NCBI GenBank assembly: GCA_033764955.1
Contig: JANRIL010000019.1
Span: 1-64,000 of the forward strand
DNA length: 64,000 nt
Direction: 5' to 3'
Origin: Cyanobacteriota bacterium
GTDB lineage: Bacteria; Cyanobacteriota; Cyanobacteriia; Thermostichales; Thermostichaceae
In this document: positions 61,095-64,000 of the stretch, piece after piece
How positions within the stretch are numbered: position 1 is the first letter of the stretch
How the letters are laid out: every line of letters begins with the position of its first letter
Translations under genes and position numbers: made by a program
Notes under the pieces: model-generated
The model's database searches: none
The model's input: only the letters and a program-made list of their open reading frames with translations
What the model was told of the DNA's origin: nothing

Positions 61095-63299
61095 TCAAGG
61101 CACCCGCACCGCAATCGTGGCTTTGGGGGGAACCGCCTCCTGAAATATCTCCCCCTCCGTCGTCAAGACCAAAAACTGCGTATCTTGTCCCGGCTGAATC
61201 GCTAAGTTTGACCAGGGGATCGCCACCTCCAAGCAAATATCGAGAGCTGCCTGTATTTGGTGGGTCACTTCCTGCCACTGATGATACTCAGCCGCTTGGC
61301 AAAAACGGGTGCGCTGAATCGACCCATTCCCAGCCGTCCGTTGCCTTAGTTGAATGTGCAACATGTGGCGATAGCTGTAGTTAAAAGGGGCTTCTTCCGG
61401 TAAACCCTGCAATGGAATGCGGCTATTGACCGTGACCCGATTGGGATAAAACCAAAAGATCTGAAGGTGTTGGGGATGTTGCACAGCAGAGCTAAAATCC
61501 AGGCGCAAATACAGATGAAAGTGGTCAAAGCCATACCACAACTGACGAATTGACGCATTGCGGTGCATCGTGCCACGGGCAGCTCCAATTTCCACCCGTC
61601 CCGCCTGGGTCCATTCCCGCTCCGCCGGACGCCCGTTGATGGTGGGATGAATAAATCCCTGGGGCAGGCGATCTCCCAATCCATCGTGATCCTCTAAGGG
61701 CTGTAATAGAGCACTGGGCACCGCTTCCCCCAGTTGTTTGTAGATGGCTTCCAGATGCTCTCGAAACAGTTGGTCAAAGGTGGCATCATGCACCGACGAA
61801 TGCCCCATGCCAAACCACCAAAACCAATCGGATCCCTCCGCTGCCCACAATGATTCCCAGGTGGCCTCCGTCGCCCGCGGATGCCCTTCAATCAGTTGGC
61901 GAGCCTGTGCCAACAATTCCCAGGCACGATTTTTCACCGGATCCCCAATCCAGGTGGTGAAATCCGACTCGATCCAGGAGCCGCTATGCAGTTGCTCAGA
62001 GGGCAAAACTGCCGTGGGGGGAAACTGATCCAGAAACTCGGAAACCGTCACCAGTTTCAAAAAAGGATGTTGATGGAGGCGGGTGTAAAGATTTTCCAGA
62101 AAGAGATTGCCGTCTTTGGGGTAGTATTCCCAGCAGTTTTCTCCGTCCAAGGCAATGGTCACCAACCAGGGTTGCTCCTGCGGTAGGCGATTGCGAATGC
62201 TTTCCAGATGCCCGATTAGATCCTTCGCGGCGACGTTGGCCTCCATGGTGCTGTAGCTAAACCCAATCAAATCGGAGAGGCGGTGATCCCGAAAGACAAT
62301 CGCCAAGTCTCCCTGTGGGGTTTCCAGCCGATAAGGACGATAGAGCCGTTCGGGATCCAGAACATGTCCATATTCATCCCGCCCAAACATGGATCCCAAA
62401 CTCCAACCCAGTACCCCTTCATCCGAAATGATCCACTGAAATCCCTGGCCAATGATTGTAGGTAGGATGGCGGGGCTGACCGATTGTTCCGAGGGCCACA
62501 ACCCTCTGGGATCCCGATGGAAACGTGACTGGTAGATGGCTTTGGCTTTGCTCAGGTGCGCCTCCACATCCCCCTGCCAATGAAAACCATAACGGGGTAG
62601 GGGTAGGCCGGGACGGGCAACCCGCGCCTGTCGCTCACTGACCAGCAGAGGCAGGATGGGGTGGGTATAGGGGCTGGTGGTGATTTCCAGTTGACCGGAC
62701 TGCTGCATCTTGGCGTGCTGAGGCAAAATGCCACTCAAAATTTGTTGCTGTTTGGCATAGATGCGTTGCCGATCACTGAGGGTAAATCCCTGTTGCTGCA
62801 TGAACCACCCTGCAATTTCGGGGTCATCGTGAAATAGGGGATCAAACCAGGCCAAATTGTGCCAAGCCAGCAAGTCCCCAAAATCGTGGGGTTTCCAGTA
62901 TTGCAAACACCAGTTGCGCCCCTGTTGTTCCCGTTGTTCGTAGAGTTGACGATAGCGGGGATAGGGATCAATCAGAGTGGGATAATGCCCATCAAAAAAC
63001 CGCTCCACCACAAAGCTCAACTGCTCTGGGGTCAACTGCTCAACCGGAGTAAGCGTCAGCTCTAAATAGGGATCAAACGCCGTGCCCGCCACATAATCTT
63101 CGATTTGAATGATCAAAGAGGGCACCAGATTCACGGTTTGATGCAGTTTGGGAAACCGCTCCAACATCAACACCAAATCCAGATAATCTTTAATGCCATG
63201 CAACCGTACCCAAGGCATCCGGTATCGGCCAGCTATCGGACTTTTGTAAAGCGGCTGATGTTGGTGCCAAACAAACGCAATATGGAGTGGGTAGGTCAT
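61095..63299 (-). CDS. Glycoside hydrolase family 57 (amylopullulanase-like)
   Basis: WHQHQPLY, HPILPL, GLWPSE, IALDGENCWE, AEGSDWFWW. Confidence 0.95.
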   Translation of the reverse strand: MTYPLHIAFVWHQHQPLYKSPIAGRYRMPWVRLHGIKDYLDLVLMLERFPKLHQTVNLVPSLIIQIEDYVAGTAFDPYLELTLTPVEQLTPEQLSFVVERFFDGHYPTLIDPYPRYRQLYEQREQQGRNWCLQYWKPHDFGDLLAWHNLAWFDPLFHDDPEIAGWFMQQQGFTLSDRQRIYAKQQQILSGILPQHAKMQQSGQLEITTSPYTHPILPLLVSERQARVARPGLPLPRYGFHWQGDVEAHLSKAKAIYQSRFHRDPRGLWPSEQSVSPAILPTIIGQGFQWIISDEGVLGWSLGSMFGRDEYGHVLDPERLYRPYRLETPQGDLAIVFRDHRLSDLIGFSYSTMEANVAAKDLIGHLESIRNRLPQEQPWLVTIALDGENCWEYYPKDGNLFLENLYTRLHQHPFLKLVTVSEFLDQFPPTAVLPSEQLHSGSWIESDFTTWIGDPVKNRAWELLAQARQLIEGHPRATEATWESLWAAEGSDWFWWFGMGHSSVHDATFDQLFREHLEAIYKQLGEAVPSALLQPLEDHDGLGDRLPQGFIHPTINGRPAEREWTQAGRVEIGAARGTMHRNASIRQLWYGFDHFHLYLRLDFSSAVQHPQHLQIFWFYPNRVTVNSRIPLQGLPEEAPFNYSYRHMLHIQLRQRTAGNGSIQRTRFCQAAEYHQWQEVTHQIQAALDICLEVAIPWSNLAIQPGQDTQFLVLTTEGEIFQEAVPPKATIAVRVP

Positions 63300-63466
63300 G
63301 GGCAGGCGTAGGGATCCCCAACAACGCATCAAACGGATACTAGCCCATCTGCCTAACTGGAGATCCTGTATATGATCCGTAAAATCTCGCGGCGGGATCC
63401 ATCTCCCCAAGCCGGGATCCCCAACTTTTGGGGGTTTAGAAGCAAGCCGAAGGGAAAAACCAACTG

Positions 63467-64000
63467 CTAGCGACCCATCCCCAAGCTCTGGGCTTTTTGG
63501 TAAACCTTGCCCTCGGTCAAAAGGGAGGGAGCAATTACCACATCCACCTGCTGCATGGCTCGTAGGTCGGCAGCTCCCAAGGTGCTCATGCTGGTGCGGA
63601 GCGCGCCTAACAAATTGTGGGTGCCGTCATCCAAACGGGCGGGTCCACGCAGGATCTCCTGCAAACTGCCCGTGGATCCCACTCGAATGCGCGTACCCCG
63701 TGGCAGCACTGGACTGGGTGTAGCCATCCCCCAGTGAAACCCCCGCCCAGGTGCCTCACTAGCACGGGCAATGGGGGAACCAATCATCACCGCATCGGCT
63801 CCGCAGGCAATCGCTTTGCAAATATCTCCCCCGGTAATCAGTCCGCCATCGGCCACAATCGGCACATAGATCCCCGTTTGGGCGTGGTGAAGATCGCGGG
63901 CGGCGGCACAGTCGGCAATAGCCGTGGCTTGTGGGACTCCTACCCCCAAGACTCCCCGTGAGGTACAAGCCGCCCCAGGCCCAATCCCCACTAACACCGC
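63467..64000 (-). CDS. guaB: GuaB3-type IMP dehydrogenase family protein (5' end outside the window)
   Basis: VGIGPGAACTSR, IVADGG, HWGMATP. Confidence 0.9.
   Translation of the reverse strand, partial: AVLVGIGPGAACTSRGVLGVGVPQATAIADCAAARDLHHAQTGIYVPIVADGGLITGGDICKAIACGADAVMIGSPIARASEAPGRGFHWGMATPSPVLPRGTRIRVGSTGSLQEILRGPARLDDGTHNLLGALRTSMSTLGAADLRAMQQVDVVIAPSLLTEGKVYQKAQSLGMGR

Overview
Cyanobacterial chromosome segment. It carries apcE, gvp genes, devBCA and hfq, and the octamer GGGATCCC is very highly iterated, which is the HIP variant known from Thermostichus / hot-spring Synechococcus-like lineages. The first ~8.5 kb is a complete chromosomal integron: intI on the minus strand, an attI region with an unusual 31-bp palindrome and ~40-bp periodic repeats, and about 10 gene cassettes separated mostly by 86-88 bp attC sites. 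Four cassettes are toxin-antitoxin type, and two of those toxins are broken by nonsense codons. The array decays toward its distal end. The rest is mostly housekeeping backbone (malic enzyme, mazG, larB, pmbA/tldE, fur, cbiET, def, aroH, gvpA-C-N-J, devBCA-tetR, gloB, rpmF, rpsT, ilvA, ABC-F, nadE, apcE, S8 protease, GH57, guaB3). Unexplained or unusual spots include a ~350-bp miniature IS200/IS605-like element between def and aroH, a solo half-attC beside an IS5 remnant 35 kb from the integron, an elongated GvpC, and a glycosyltransferase plus archaeal-type purine PRTase appended to an epimerase/DUF1611 operon. No CRISPR array, rRNA or tRNA was seen. All family calls are by eye from motifs; no searches were run.
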